A stretch of DNA of 64,000 nucleotides from Arenicellales bacterium (GTDB lineage Bacteria; Pseudomonadota; Gammaproteobacteria; Arenicellales; Poriferihabitantaceae): NCBI GenBank assembly GCA_965116335.1, contig OZ220677.1, positions 784,834 through 848,833 of the forward strand, given 5' to 3'. Within the stretch, counting starts at the first letter, position 1. The number at the start of each line of letters is the position of its first letter. Position numbers and translations under genes: made by a program. The notes beneath the pieces are model-generated. The model did no database searches, had not been told where the DNA came from, and worked only from the letters and a program-made list of their open reading frames with translations. Below, one piece after another: positions 41,768 to 51,102 of this stretch.

Positions 41768-43348
41768 TCATACTTCGCGAGTAGCGAGAAACTCCACATC
41801 GGGCCAGCGTTGACTCACAAGTTGCAGATTGGCTCGATTCGGAGCGATATAGACCAGCGTTTTTTGTCCGTCCAGTGCCAGATATTGCTCATTACGTTTG
41901 ATGAACCCGGATTCATCCGCAGGATTTGTGAACTTGACCCAGCGAGCGGTAGATACCGGCACGGCCTCGAACATACAGTCCACACTGTATTCTGTCTTCA
42001 GACGATGCGCCACCACATCAAACTGTAAAATCCCCACCGCACCGAGGATCAAGTCATTATTGGCCAGCGGTTGAAATACCTGGGTAGCGCCTTCTTCGCT
42101 GAGTTGAATCAGTCCTTTTTGCAGAGCCTTGGCGCGTAACGGGTCCTGCAGACGCACTCTCCTGAATAATTCAGGGGCGAAATTCGGAATCCCGGTAAAT
42201 TTAAGGGACTCCCCCTCAGTAAAGGTATCACCAATCCGGATACTGCCGTGATTATGCAGCCCGAGTATGTCTCCGGCAAAAGCGTCCTCTGCCTGTCCGC
42301 GTCTGGCCGCCATGAAAGTATGGGCATTCTGGACAGTCAGAGTCCTTTGCGCCCGTACATGACGGATTTTCATGCCTTTTCGAAATTCGCCGGAAGTGAT
42401 CCGCAGAAAAGCGACCCGGTCATGGTGCGCCGGGTCCATGTTGGCCTGTATCTTGAAAACAAACCCGCTGAATTTTTCCTCCCCGGCCCGGACCATTCGG
42501 GTTTCAGTCGCCCGTGACCGGGGGGACGGCGCGTACTCCACAAAATTATCCATCAGTTCATCAGTGCCCTGACGGTTCAGGGCGGAACCGAAAAACACCG
42601 GAGTGAGTTCCCCGGAACGATAAGCCGACAGATCGAATTCGTGACTGGCCCCCCGGACCAGTTCCACCTCGTCACGCAGGGTTTCAGCCAGACCGCCCAT
42701 CCTTTCATCCAGCGCCGGATGATCCAGCCCGCGGACAAATTCATCCTGATCAAGCCCCCCACGCCCCTTGAACAAATGCACCACGTCATCATACAACCGA
42801 TACACTCCGATGAACAGCTTTCCGCAACCGACCGGCCAGGTCATCGGGGCGCATTTGATTTTCAGAACCCGCTCCACTTCATCCATCACATCAACCGGAT
42901 CAATCCCCTCCCGATCCATCTTGTTGACGAACGTCATGATTGGCGTATCGCGCAGGCGGCAGACCTCCATCAGATTGACTGTTCTCTCCTCTACCCCCTT
43001 GGCAATGTCAATCACCATCAACGCCGAATCAACCGCAGTCAGAGTGCGATAGGTATCTTCGGAAAAATCCGCGTGACCGGGGGTATCGAGCAAATTGACA
43101 ATGCGTTCCTTGTAAGGGAATTGCATCACGGAAGAAGTCACCGATATGCCCCTCTGCTTCTCCAGTTCCATCCAGTCCGATGTCGCATAACGGCTGCTTT
43201 TGCGCGCCTTGACCGTACCGGCAAGCTGGATCGCCCCTCCATACTGCAGCAGGCGTTCAGTCAGGGTCGTCTTGCCGGCATCCGGGTGCGATATGATCGC
43301 AAATGTCCTTCGCCTGGTAATTTCTCCAGCAGGATTCTGATTGCTCAT
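41768..43348 (-). CDS. prfC: peptide chain release factor 3
   Basis: GTPase blocks [28 protein letters not shown] and NKMDR. Start set to ATG 43348 (MSNQNPAGE), dropping the 45-codon ORF-track extension. Confidence 0.94.
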   Translation of the reverse strand: MSNQNPAGEITRRRTFAIISHPDAGKTTLTERLLQYGGAIQLAGTVKARKSSRYATSDWMELEKQRGISVTSSVMQFPYKERIVNLLDTPGHADFSEDTYRTLTAVDSALMVIDIAKGVEERTVNLMEVCRLRDTPIMTFVNKMDREGIDPVDVMDEVERVLKIKCAPMTWPVGCGKLFIGVYRLYDDVVHLFKGRGGLDQDEFVRGLDHPALDERMGGLAETLRDEVELVRGASHEFDLSAYRSGELTPVFFGSALNRQGTDELMDNFVEYAPSPRSRATETRMVRAGEEKFSGFVFKIQANMDPAHHDRVAFLRITSGEFRKGMKIRHVRAQRTLTVQNAHTFMAARRGQAEDAFAGDILGLHNHGSIRIGDTFTEGESLKFTGIPNFAPELFRRVRLQDPLRAKALQKGLIQLSEEGATQVFQPLANNDLILGAVGILQFDVVAHRLKTEYSVDCMFEAVPVSTARWVKFTNPADESGFIKRNEQYLALDGQKTLVYIAPNRANLQLVSQRWPDVEFLATREV

Positions 43349-43451
43349 TGTGTTCGCTCCCCGACTCCGGGAGCCGCTTGAAAAGTGCGCTATTGTACAG
43401 TCTGTCGGGCTGTAAATCGCGCTAAAATAGCCTGTCTTGCCGGTCGCACCT

Positions 43452-45332
43452 ATGTCTTTGCTTACTATATCCAGATTATCCATCGCCTTCGGTCATCACA
43501 AACTGCTGGACAATGCCAACCTGTCTTTGGACAAGGGGCAGAGAATCGGGCTGATTGGCAGAAACGGCGAAGGGAAATCGACATTGCTGGCTATCCTGAA
43601 GCAGAAAATCATTGCGGACGAAGGAGTTTTCAGGGCAAGTCCCGGCCTGAAGATCGCCCTTCTGGATCAGACTCCAGAGTTGATTGGAAATGAATCTGTA
43701 TTCGATCGGGTTGCCAGAGGATTAGGGGACTCCGGTCAGGCGCTGGCTGAATACCATCAGGTTTCAGCCCTGGCCGCCACGGACCCTGTGCAACTGAAGC
43801 GGTTGGATGAGTTGCAGCAAAAGCTCGACAGCAGCGATGGCTGGAATGCACATGCCCGGATTAACAAGACGATCAGCCGATTGAACCTGAATGCGGATGA
43901 CAAAGTCTCTGAATTGTCCGGGGGCTGGCAACGCAGAACCGCCCTGGCTCAAGTCCTGGTCTGCAACCCTGACGTTCTGTTACTGGATGAACCGACCAAT
44001 CATCTGGATACCGATGCCATTATCTGGCTGGAACGTCAACTCATCACATTCCAGGGCGCTCTTTTGTTAGTCACACATGACCGTGAATTCCTGCAAAATG
44101 TCTGTACCGACATTGTCGAGCTTGATCGTGGAAAACTGGTCAACTGGCCCGGCAGCTATACACACTATCTATCCCGGAAAGCGGCATCGCTGGAGCAGGA
44201 AAGCAGACAAAATGCAGCCTTTGACAAAAAACTCGCAAAGGAAGAAGCCTGGATCAGACAGGGTATCAAGGCCCGGCGGACACGTAACGAGGGACGCGCC
44301 AGAGCACTGCAAAAACTGCGCGAAGAACAGGCACGCAGAAGAAACCGGGTATCGAATGCGCGACTGGAAATAAACAAGGGAACAGAGAGCGGAAAAATCA
44401 TCATTGAGGCGGAAAATATCAACTTTGCAATCAACCAGCAGATTATCGTCCGGGATTTTTCCACCCGCATCCTGCGCGGCGACCGAATTGGCTTGATCGG
44501 GCCGAACGGCATCGGCAAAACAACCCTGCTGAAACTCCTGCTAAAGGAAATCGAACCCCATACCGGCTGCGTCCGACACGGCACTCATCTCGAGATTGCC
44601 TGCTTTGATCAATCACGCACACAACTGGACCTTGAACAAACTGTCGTCGACATGATCGGCCAGGGCCGGGAACAAATCAACATAAACGGGAAAAACAAAC
44701 ATGTGATCAGTTATCTTGCGGATTTCCTGTTCTATCCTGCTCGTGCCCGTTCGCCGATCAAATCATTATCCGGGGGCGAGCGTGCCAGAGTACTGCTTGC
44801 CATGCTATTCAGCAAGCCGATCAACTTATTGATCCTGGATGAACCCACCAACGATCTGGATATCGAAACCCTCGAATTACTGGAAGAGCAGCTTCTTCAA
44901 TTCGATGGCACACTACTGATGGTCTCGCATGACCGCAAGTTTCTCGACAACGTAGTCACCAGCACCTTGTCTTTTGAGGGAAAGGGCGAAATCAATGACA
45001 ACGTGGGCGGCTATTCCGACTGGCTGAAGCGCGTCAACAACGCCCTCTCCCCAGAAACAGCAGAGAAATCCTCAAAGTCTGCATCTTCGCAACCGAACCG
45101 GAAAATCACAGAAAAGAAGAAGCCCGGATTCAACGAACAACGAGAACTGTCCGCGCTGACAGCGCAAATCGAACATCTGGAAAGTCAACAGAACAATCTG
45201 ACCCGAATCATATCGGAGCCGGACTTCTACAATCGACCCGGTGACGAAATCAATACCACCTTGCAGGAAATCAAGTCTGTCGGTAATCAGCTGGAACAGT
45301 GCTGGCAGCGCTGGGAAGAACTGGAACCCTGA
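43452..45332 (+). CDS. uup: ABC-F family ATPase Uup
   Basis: Two ABC cassettes (GRNGEGKST / LSGGWQRR / [11 protein letters not shown] and GPNGIGKTT / LSGGERAR / [11 protein letters not shown]) plus a C-terminal coiled-coil tail. ATG 43452 preferred over TTG 43437. Confidence 0.9.
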   Translation: MSLLTISRLSIAFGHHKLLDNANLSLDKGQRIGLIGRNGEGKSTLLAILKQKIIADEGVFRASPGLKIALLDQTPELIGNESVFDRVARGLGDSGQALAEYHQVSALAATDPVQLKRLDELQQKLDSSDGWNAHARINKTISRLNLNADDKVSELSGGWQRRTALAQVLVCNPDVLLLDEPTNHLDTDAIIWLERQLITFQGALLLVTHDREFLQNVCTDIVELDRGKLVNWPGSYTHYLSRKAASLEQESRQNAAFDKKLAKEEAWIRQGIKARRTRNEGRARALQKLREEQARRRNRVSNARLEINKGTESGKIIIEAENINFAINQQIIVRDFSTRILRGDRIGLIGPNGIGKTTLLKLLLKEIEPHTGCVRHGTHLEIACFDQSRTQLDLEQTVVDMIGQGREQININGKNKHVISYLADFLFYPARARSPIKSLSGGERARVLLAMLFSKPINLLILDEPTNDLDIETLELLEEQLLQFDGTLLMVSHDRKFLDNVVTSTLSFEGKGEINDNVGGYSDWLKRVNNALSPETAEKSSKSASSQPNRKITEKKKPGFNEQRELSALTAQIEHLESQQNNLTRIISEPDFYNRPGDEINTTLQEIKSVGNQLEQCWQRWEELEP

Positions 45333-46112
45333 TCATTTTTTCAGGCAAATGGCACTCACCTGGCGGCCATAGCGCGACTCCCCTTTATGACATGCCCGGC
45401 GATAACTGAAAAACTGCCGCTCATCACTACAGGTATCCTCAAGCATTCGATGGATTTCTGTAATGCCCGCCTTTTGCAGTCTTTTTTCAACATATAAAGG
45501 CAGGTCAAACATCCGTTTGTGAGCTTCTCTGGCCGCACTGAAACAATCATCGAATCCAGTACCCGGCTGGCGCAATACCTGGTCTTCGACCTCGATGCCG
45601 ACCTCGTAGGAAAGAGGCCCGATAGCGGGACCGATTACGGCGAGGATATTCCCGGTTTCGGCACCGAGGCTGTTCATGACGACAATGACTTGATCGGTAA
45701 TGCCGATGAGCGCCCCCTTCCATCCAGCGTGAGCCGCCCCTATAACCCGATTCTCCGGGTCCAGAAACAATACCGGCGCACAGTCCGCCCCTAAAATACC
45801 GAGTGCCACTCCCTTCTCACGGGTAACCATTCCATCTCCCTGCAAGATATTGTTTGCATGTGATTTCTGGCTAATCTCATGCACCACAGTACCGTGAACC
45901 TGCCGCAGACTGACCACACTGTCGCAACGCAGTGCAGCAGCCACTCTGGCGCGATTCTCCAACACATGTTGCAGATGGTCACCCGAATACTGACCGCAAT
46001 TCAGAGAATCAAACTCCCCCTGCGACACTCCGCCCTGGCGAGTAAAAAAACCATGACCAATCTCCGGCTGGTGCTTCAATAACGGGCTTTGCAGAAAAGG
46101 CGGCGAGGTCAT
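45333..46112 (-). CDS. pgeF: peptidoglycan editing factor PgeF (YfiH family)
   Basis: 259 aa with blocks HGFFTRQGGVS, LRQVHG, DGMVT, ADCAPVLF and HAGWKG. Confidence 0.88.
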   Translation of the reverse strand: MTSPPFLQSPLLKHQPEIGHGFFTRQGGVSQGEFDSLNCGQYSGDHLQHVLENRARVAAALRCDSVVSLRQVHGTVVHEISQKSHANNILQGDGMVTREKGVALGILGADCAPVLFLDPENRVIGAAHAGWKGALIGITDQVIVVMNSLGAETGNILAVIGPAIGPLSYEVGIEVEDQVLRQPGTGFDDCFSAAREAHKRMFDLPLYVEKRLQKAGITEIHRMLEDTCSDERQFFSYRRACHKGESRYGRQVSAICLKK

Positions 46113-46209
46113 CAGACAAATTTACCAATAAAATCACATCGAATCCATTGCCGGTTGGTAGCCTGTACAATCCGGGTCATATATAATCCGCCCCAGCACG
46201 ACCTGAATC

Positions 46210-46297
46210 GGAGAGTTGGCAGAGCGGTCGAATGCGGCGGTCTTGAAAACCGTTGACTGTAACAGGTCCGGGGGTTCGAATCCCTCACTCTCCGCCA
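46210..46297 (+). tRNA. tRNA-Ser (UGA anticodon)
   Basis: GGAGAGTTGGCAGAGCGGTCGAATGCGGCGGTCTTGAAAACCGTTGACTGTAACAGGTCCGGGGGTTCGAATCCCTCACTCTCCGCCA has acceptor GGAGAGT/ACTCTCC, anticodon loop CTTGAAA, a long variable arm, T loop TTCGAAT and an encoded CCA. Confidence 0.93.
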
Positions 46298-46470
46298 TTA
46301 GGTGTTCAGAATCTGTATGGAATCTGGTCGGATGCGGTTGGTTTAATGTGATGCAAACGTTTGTCATCACCTGATGAAAAAGTTACTATACGCAATCATC
46401 ACATCGTCAATCTTGTGAGAAGATAAGATATGTGCAGTATCCATGTAACAATAATTGCGCGGGCAGTGAG

Positions 46471-47361
46471 ATGAGTAGCTCGCAGCCTGCGCTGAGCCCA
46501 AGTGAGGTGGACTTGACGTCGAAAGTCAAGCGGTTGCAGAGAGATGCTAAAGCACAAATCGTATGTCAAGACAATCTCAAGTTCATGCGTGGGTTACCAG
46601 GTGGGTCAATGAGCTTAATCGTGACCTCGCCACCTTACAATCTACGTAAAACCTATGAGACACGGCAGTCGCACGATAAATACATTGAGACTCAAGCATC
46701 CTGTATTGCGGAAGCTGTGCGTTTGCTTACGCCAAAAGGGGCAATTTGCTGGCAGGTGGGCAATTACGTTGACAACGGTGAAATCTATCCACTAGACATC
46801 TCGCTCTACCCGCTGTTCAAATACCACGGTTTGAAGCTTCGAAACCGTATTGTCTGGTCTTTTGGACACGGACTGCATTGCCAAAAACGTTTTTCCGGCC
46901 GATATGAAACTATATTGTGGTTCACGAAATCGGAGCAATATACCTTCAATCTTGACCCGGTCCGCATTCCTCCAAAATACCCAAACAAAAAATATTTCAA
47001 AGGACCAAACAAGGGCAAGCTATCCTGTAATCCTCTAGGGAAGAATCCGTCTGATGTCTGGGACATTCCTAATGTAAAATCCAATCATGTCGAGAAAACC
47101 GAGCACCCCTGCCAATTCCCTGTAGGTCTCGTCGAGCGCCTTGTGTTGGCACTGACTAACCCAGGCGAGAGCGTCCTAGACCCTTACCTCGGCGTTGGTT
47201 CTTCAGCTATCGCCGCCTTAAAACATGGTCGCCATGCCTTTGGTTGCGACCTGGATCGCCGCTACATCGAGATTGCTTGGGAGCGTATCCATCAGCTTCG
47301 CGCTGGGACGTTGCGTACGCGTCAGATGAACAAGCCCGTGTTCGATCCCTGCACAAAGTAG
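46471..47361 (+). CDS. site-specific DNA methyltransferase, beta-class N4-cytosine/N6-adenine type
   Basis: The catalytic motif IV (LIVTSPPYNL) precedes the AdoMet motif I (VLDPYLGVGSSAIAA), which is the beta permutation of the N6_N4_MTase family. Start set to ATG 46471 (MSSSQPAL). Confidence 0.88.
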   Translation: MSSSQPALSPSEVDLTSKVKRLQRDAKAQIVCQDNLKFMRGLPGGSMSLIVTSPPYNLRKTYETRQSHDKYIETQASCIAEAVRLLTPKGAICWQVGNYVDNGEIYPLDISLYPLFKYHGLKLRNRIVWSFGHGLHCQKRFSGRYETILWFTKSEQYTFNLDPVRIPPKYPNKKYFKGPNKGKLSCNPLGKNPSDVWDIPNVKSNHVEKTEHPCQFPVGLVERLVLALTNPGESVLDPYLGVGSSAIAALKHGRHAFGCDLDRRYIEIAWERIHQLRAGTLRTRQMNKPVFDPCTK

Positions 47362-47366
47362 AATCC

Positions 47367-47831
47367 GTGAAATTAGCATTTACCTACGATGATCATCATC
47401 GCGCGGGAGCTAAGTGGGAAGTACGTAATCTCAAGTACTGGCTGACAAATATCTTTGAAGCACCGGATATCCAAGTTGCGCGGCGCTGTACGCCGGCTAT
47501 ACGCGAGCACGTAGAGACTAAGTTTCTGAACGACGGTTGGGCACTCAACGTCGATCTCGACCAGTCGCATCGACTTAAAATCTTTGCCGAGAAAGACGGC
47601 TTCGCATTCCAACTGCAAACAGGAAATATGAGCCGTGCGCCGTATGACCTGCTTAAAATGCAGTATCTATTTCAAGGCCAACGTATAGATGCCGCTGCTC
47701 TAGCTCTTCCAACCAAAAGTGCTGCACGAAAGATCGGAGATAATATTGCTAATGCAGATCGCGTAATTAGTGAGTTGCAACTCTTCGAGCGAGTGCTTAC
47801 CGTTCCGATTCTTGTTGTTGCCTTTGAATGA
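47367..47831 (+). CDS. small BglII/BamHI-like restriction endonuclease-fold protein (putative R subunit; start uncertain)
   Basis: This is the in-frame part of ORF 47244..47831 downstream of the MTase stop. GTG 47367 is the first plausible start, giving 154 aa. The core EKDGFAFQLQTGNMSRAPYDLLKM resembles the D..(E/Q)xQ-(F/T)GN..(Y/R)DLxK block of BglII/BstYI/BamHI-type enzymes. Confidence 0.5.
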   Translation: MKLAFTYDDHHRAGAKWEVRNLKYWLTNIFEAPDIQVARRCTPAIREHVETKFLNDGWALNVDLDQSHRLKIFAEKDGFAFQLQTGNMSRAPYDLLKMQYLFQGQRIDAAALALPTKSAARKIGDNIANADRVISELQLFERVLTVPILVVAFE

Positions 47832-47846
47832 TGACGTAAAGATAAA

Positions 47847-49184
47847 ATGGCCTATAATTTTAGGATTACACCGCGTGCCGAACGCGAAGCTTTAATCAAT
47901 AGACGACTGGAAAGTTCCAGAGAATTCGGCGAGATTATCTACGATTTCCGGAGTGACAATTACACTCCCAAGGTAATTTCACTGCCCATAGGAATACCGG
48001 TCTACCGTATGGAGAACTGCCGCACGTTCACTGCCCAACAGAACGATATTGCCACCCAAAGTCTGGACAATGACTTCTTTGCAAAGGGACAGGAGTTCTC
48101 GACGGCCCAGCAAGCCCAACATGAAATCTTGTTTAAACTCGCCAAGCAGAGTACCGAATCGGTTACATCCATCTACGATGTTCTTGAGAAGGATGGACAG
48201 CGCGAACCAATTCTGATTACCAGCACTGGAGTTGTAGTCAACGGAAACCGCCGCCTCAGTGCAATGCGAGAATTAATGCGCCAAAAAGACGACTCTGTCG
48301 ATGAGCGATTCAGCCATATCCGTTGTGCAGTTTTGCCACCGGACATCACCCCTGACGAAGTCGATGATATCGAGGCCGATCTACAAGCTAGGCCACAAAC
48401 CAAACTGGACTATGATTGGATTGGTGATGCGCGTCTTATTAGTCGCCAGGTTAACAAAGGTCGTTCGACAAAGGAGGTAGCTGATCGACTTCGGCGTAGT
48501 AAAACCGAAATTGAAAATGTCTTGCAGTCACTCGATGAGGCCGACTTATATTTAACGGAATGGGTCGAGAAACCGAGAGAGTACCATCTCTTGAAAGACG
48601 GAGAGCAAATTTTCAGCGACATCCCTAAAAATATCGACAAGAAAGACCCACAACTTCAGGAAGCTAGTCGTGCTATCGCTTGGTCGATATATGAAAATCG
48701 CGACCGTGTCCCGGGACGTGTCTACAGTTTGAATGCGGCTTTTGGAAGACTCGCGCCGAAGGTGCTGGATATCATTGAAGACCGAATAGATATTGAGCAG
48801 GAGGACAAAGAACATTCGGATGATGAGGATGATTTTTCTATCGACATTGTGGGCGATATCGATGATAGTGGTAAGAATTATAAGCCGATCATTAACGCCC
48901 TCAAGAATGAGGTCACCAAAGACGATACTGTAAATGTACTTCTTGAAGCTTGCGAAACTGCTATCGAGTCTGCAAGAGGGGAAAGGAACGAAAAGGCTCC
49001 ATTAAAGACGCTCTCTCAAGTCCATGCAAGAATCATAGGAATAGATACAAATGCAGCAGGCCAGGACACATTATCCCCTATGCTAAAACAGATTGAGGCG
49101 ATCAGGATAGTTCTCAAAAAGATAGAAACGACTATTCAGATGCGTCAAGCCGGCGAGTCAGCGGGCGACAAATCTGATGAGTAG
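47847..49184 (+). CDS. ParB/sulfiredoxin-like N-terminal domain protein
   Basis: 445 aa with LPIGIPVYRMENCRT ... REPILITSTGVVVNGNRRLSAMREL (ParB GxxR box). It continues with a helical middle region and the acidic tract EQEDKEHSDDEDDFSIDIVGDIDD. Confidence 0.7.
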   Translation: MAYNFRITPRAEREALINRRLESSREFGEIIYDFRSDNYTPKVISLPIGIPVYRMENCRTFTAQQNDIATQSLDNDFFAKGQEFSTAQQAQHEILFKLAKQSTESVTSIYDVLEKDGQREPILITSTGVVVNGNRRLSAMRELMRQKDDSVDERFSHIRCAVLPPDITPDEVDDIEADLQARPQTKLDYDWIGDARLISRQVNKGRSTKEVADRLRRSKTEIENVLQSLDEADLYLTEWVEKPREYHLLKDGEQIFSDIPKNIDKKDPQLQEASRAIAWSIYENRDRVPGRVYSLNAAFGRLAPKVLDIIEDRIDIEQEDKEHSDDEDDFSIDIVGDIDDSGKNYKPIINALKNEVTKDDTVNVLLEACETAIESARGERNEKAPLKTLSQVHARIIGIDTNAAGQDTLSPMLKQIEAIRIVLKKIETTIQMRQAGESAGDKSDE

Positions 49185-51102
49185 CGCCCAAATGCGCAAA
49201 GCGCCGACCTCTGTTGATATTTATTTCAGTCACGATAATACGGGTACACTTGCTATACCGGCAGAAGAACTTGAAACGGCGATCTGGTCACGTCTGAAGC
49301 TATCAATCCGATCAAAAAAACTTCATTACACGATATCAGGAAGCGAAATAAATCTTTCATGGACTGACACCCTCGGCTTAGTGCGCGAATTTGGTAGCCG
49401 AGATACTCAGCAAAACTTGAATTTCCGGTTTAGGCCAAAAGCAGAAGCAGCCGAGAAACTCCGAGCGTTTGCCACAGAACTTAGGAAAACGCGCACGCAG
49501 CGCTCCACACTTACAACCAGCATCCTCCCTGAGGAAATACAGACACGTCTGAAGGATGCAGGATTTTCCAGGCGCGAATTGAAGCCTTTCCAACTTCGGG
49601 ATTTGTCTCATATTCTCTCACTTAGTAACGGGGCAAATTTCTCTGTCCCGGGAGCTGGCAAGACTACTGTGACGTTTGCCCTTCATACACTTACGTACAA
49701 GCCGAACCAATTTTTTATTGTCGTTGCACCAAAGTCTGCATTCCAAGCATGGATTGATGTTGTTGGTGAATGCATGGATGATAACGCTCTGGACAGCCAC
49801 ACTGAATCATTCACTATTTTGGATGGTAGTGACGAGGACACAAGTTTGGCCTTAACTTCTGGAGCTAGTCGGTTTGTTATTTCTTATGACCTCATGGTGC
49901 GCCAGCAGGGAGTACTGACATCACATTTTGCAGTGACGCCAACCCATCTCGTCCTCGATGAGTCTCACCGCATGAAAGCGGGCTGGCAGTCGCAACGCGG
50001 CGCCTTCCTTCTCAGCATCGCCAGCCTCCTGGTCCGGCGGGATATATTGACCGGAACACCTATGCCCCAAGCGGCATCAGACATTGAGTCTCAGTTGGAT
50101 TTCCTCTGGCCCGGCCACGGTCTCGGTTTTGAAGTGGTGAGGGGCACGTCTCCACGGCGGGTCCTGGGGAACCTTTATGTGCGCACTACAAAAAAGGAAC
50201 TCGAACTTCCAAGAGCTGAACGACACTTCATTGATGTGGCGATGGAACGGGGTCAATTGGCACTGTACTCGATCGTTCGTAATGAGTTCCTACGTAATTA
50301 TTCCAAGCATATTTCGCGTGGTATGGGTGATGGGCAATTACTAAAAGCCCGCCGCTCCGTCATGCGTCTCCTGCAGTTATCGGTTAATCCTGTCCTCGCG
50401 TTAAGTGCTATGGCATATGACGATGTGAAGATAGATTCAGCAATAATCGAACAAGTACTTGAGGAAGGTCATTCGGCAAAGATGCGAGCCGTGATGGATC
50501 ACGCGCGCAAACTGGCAAATCAGGGCAACAAATCCGTAATTTGGACGATTTTCACCGACACGATTCACAGCCTCTTTTCGTCGCTTGCAGATCTAAATCC
50601 AGTCTATATTCATGGCGGTGTTTCGTCTGGATCTGCTAGTGATCCTGAGAGTCGTGAAGGTAAAATCCGCCGCTTTCATAAAGATAGTAGTTGTTTTGTC
50701 CTTATCGCAAACCCAGCAACTGCGGGTGAAGGCATTAGTCTCCACAAAGTCTGCCATAACGCGATTTATGCCGACAGGAGTTACGTTTCTACACACTACC
50801 TCCAATCCATCGACCGAATTCACCGGCTTGGCCTCATGCAGAACCAGGAAACACATATACATATCTATCGTTCTAAAGCTCCGCCAGTTATTGGAAGTAT
50901 CGATATGTCTGTGAGCCGAAGGCTGGTCGCAAAAATCCGCAACATGCAGATATTGCTCGACGATCCTGATCTCCATGAAATTGCCTTCGACGAGGAGCAA
51001 GTTGGCGATCCGATTGATTATGACATCGAACTACAAGACCTTATTGATCTTGTTGCCGAACTCGAAGGAACTGCCGGAGACGCACAGTTGGAGGATATAT
51101 GA
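49177..51102 (+). CDS. SNF2/Rad54-family helicase (superfamily 2 translocase)
   Basis: 641 aa with motif I VPGAGKTT, motif II LVLDESHRMK, motif III LTGTPMPQ, and C-terminal motifs ATAGEGISLH and QSIDRIHRLG. It overlaps the upstream gene by 8 nt. Confidence 0.85.
   Translation: MSSAQMRKAPTSVDIYFSHDNTGTLAIPAEELETAIWSRLKLSIRSKKLHYTISGSEINLSWTDTLGLVREFGSRDTQQNLNFRFRPKAEAAEKLRAFATELRKTRTQRSTLTTSILPEEIQTRLKDAGFSRRELKPFQLRDLSHILSLSNGANFSVPGAGKTTVTFALHTLTYKPNQFFIVVAPKSAFQAWIDVVGECMDDNALDSHTESFTILDGSDEDTSLALTSGASRFVISYDLMVRQQGVLTSHFAVTPTHLVLDESHRMKAGWQSQRGAFLLSIASLLVRRDILTGTPMPQAASDIESQLDFLWPGHGLGFEVVRGTSPRRVLGNLYVRTTKKELELPRAERHFIDVAMERGQLALYSIVRNEFLRNYSKHISRGMGDGQLLKARRSVMRLLQLSVNPVLALSAMAYDDVKIDSAIIEQVLEEGHSAKMRAVMDHARKLANQGNKSVIWTIFTDTIHSLFSSLADLNPVYIHGGVSSGSASDPESREGKIRRFHKDSSCFVLIANPATAGEGISLHKVCHNAIYADRSYVSTHYLQSIDRIHRLGLMQNQETHIHIYRSKAPPVIGSIDMSVSRRLVAKIRNMQILLDDPDLHEIAFDEEQVGDPIDYDIELQDLIDLVAELEGTAGDAQLEDI

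Noticed and set aside
46134-46370. 78-aa minus-strand ORF between pgeF and the island
   Set aside because: It runs straight through the tRNA-Ser gene (46210..46297) and is spurious.
47244-47366. The 5' extension of the nuclease-like ORF overlapping the last 118 bp of the methyltransferase gene
   Set aside because: The extension begins at a CTG-type codon inside the MTase gene and encodes Arg/Pro-rich sequence. The conserved nuclease-like part begins after the MTase stop, so GTG 47367 was preferred, though the start remains uncertain.
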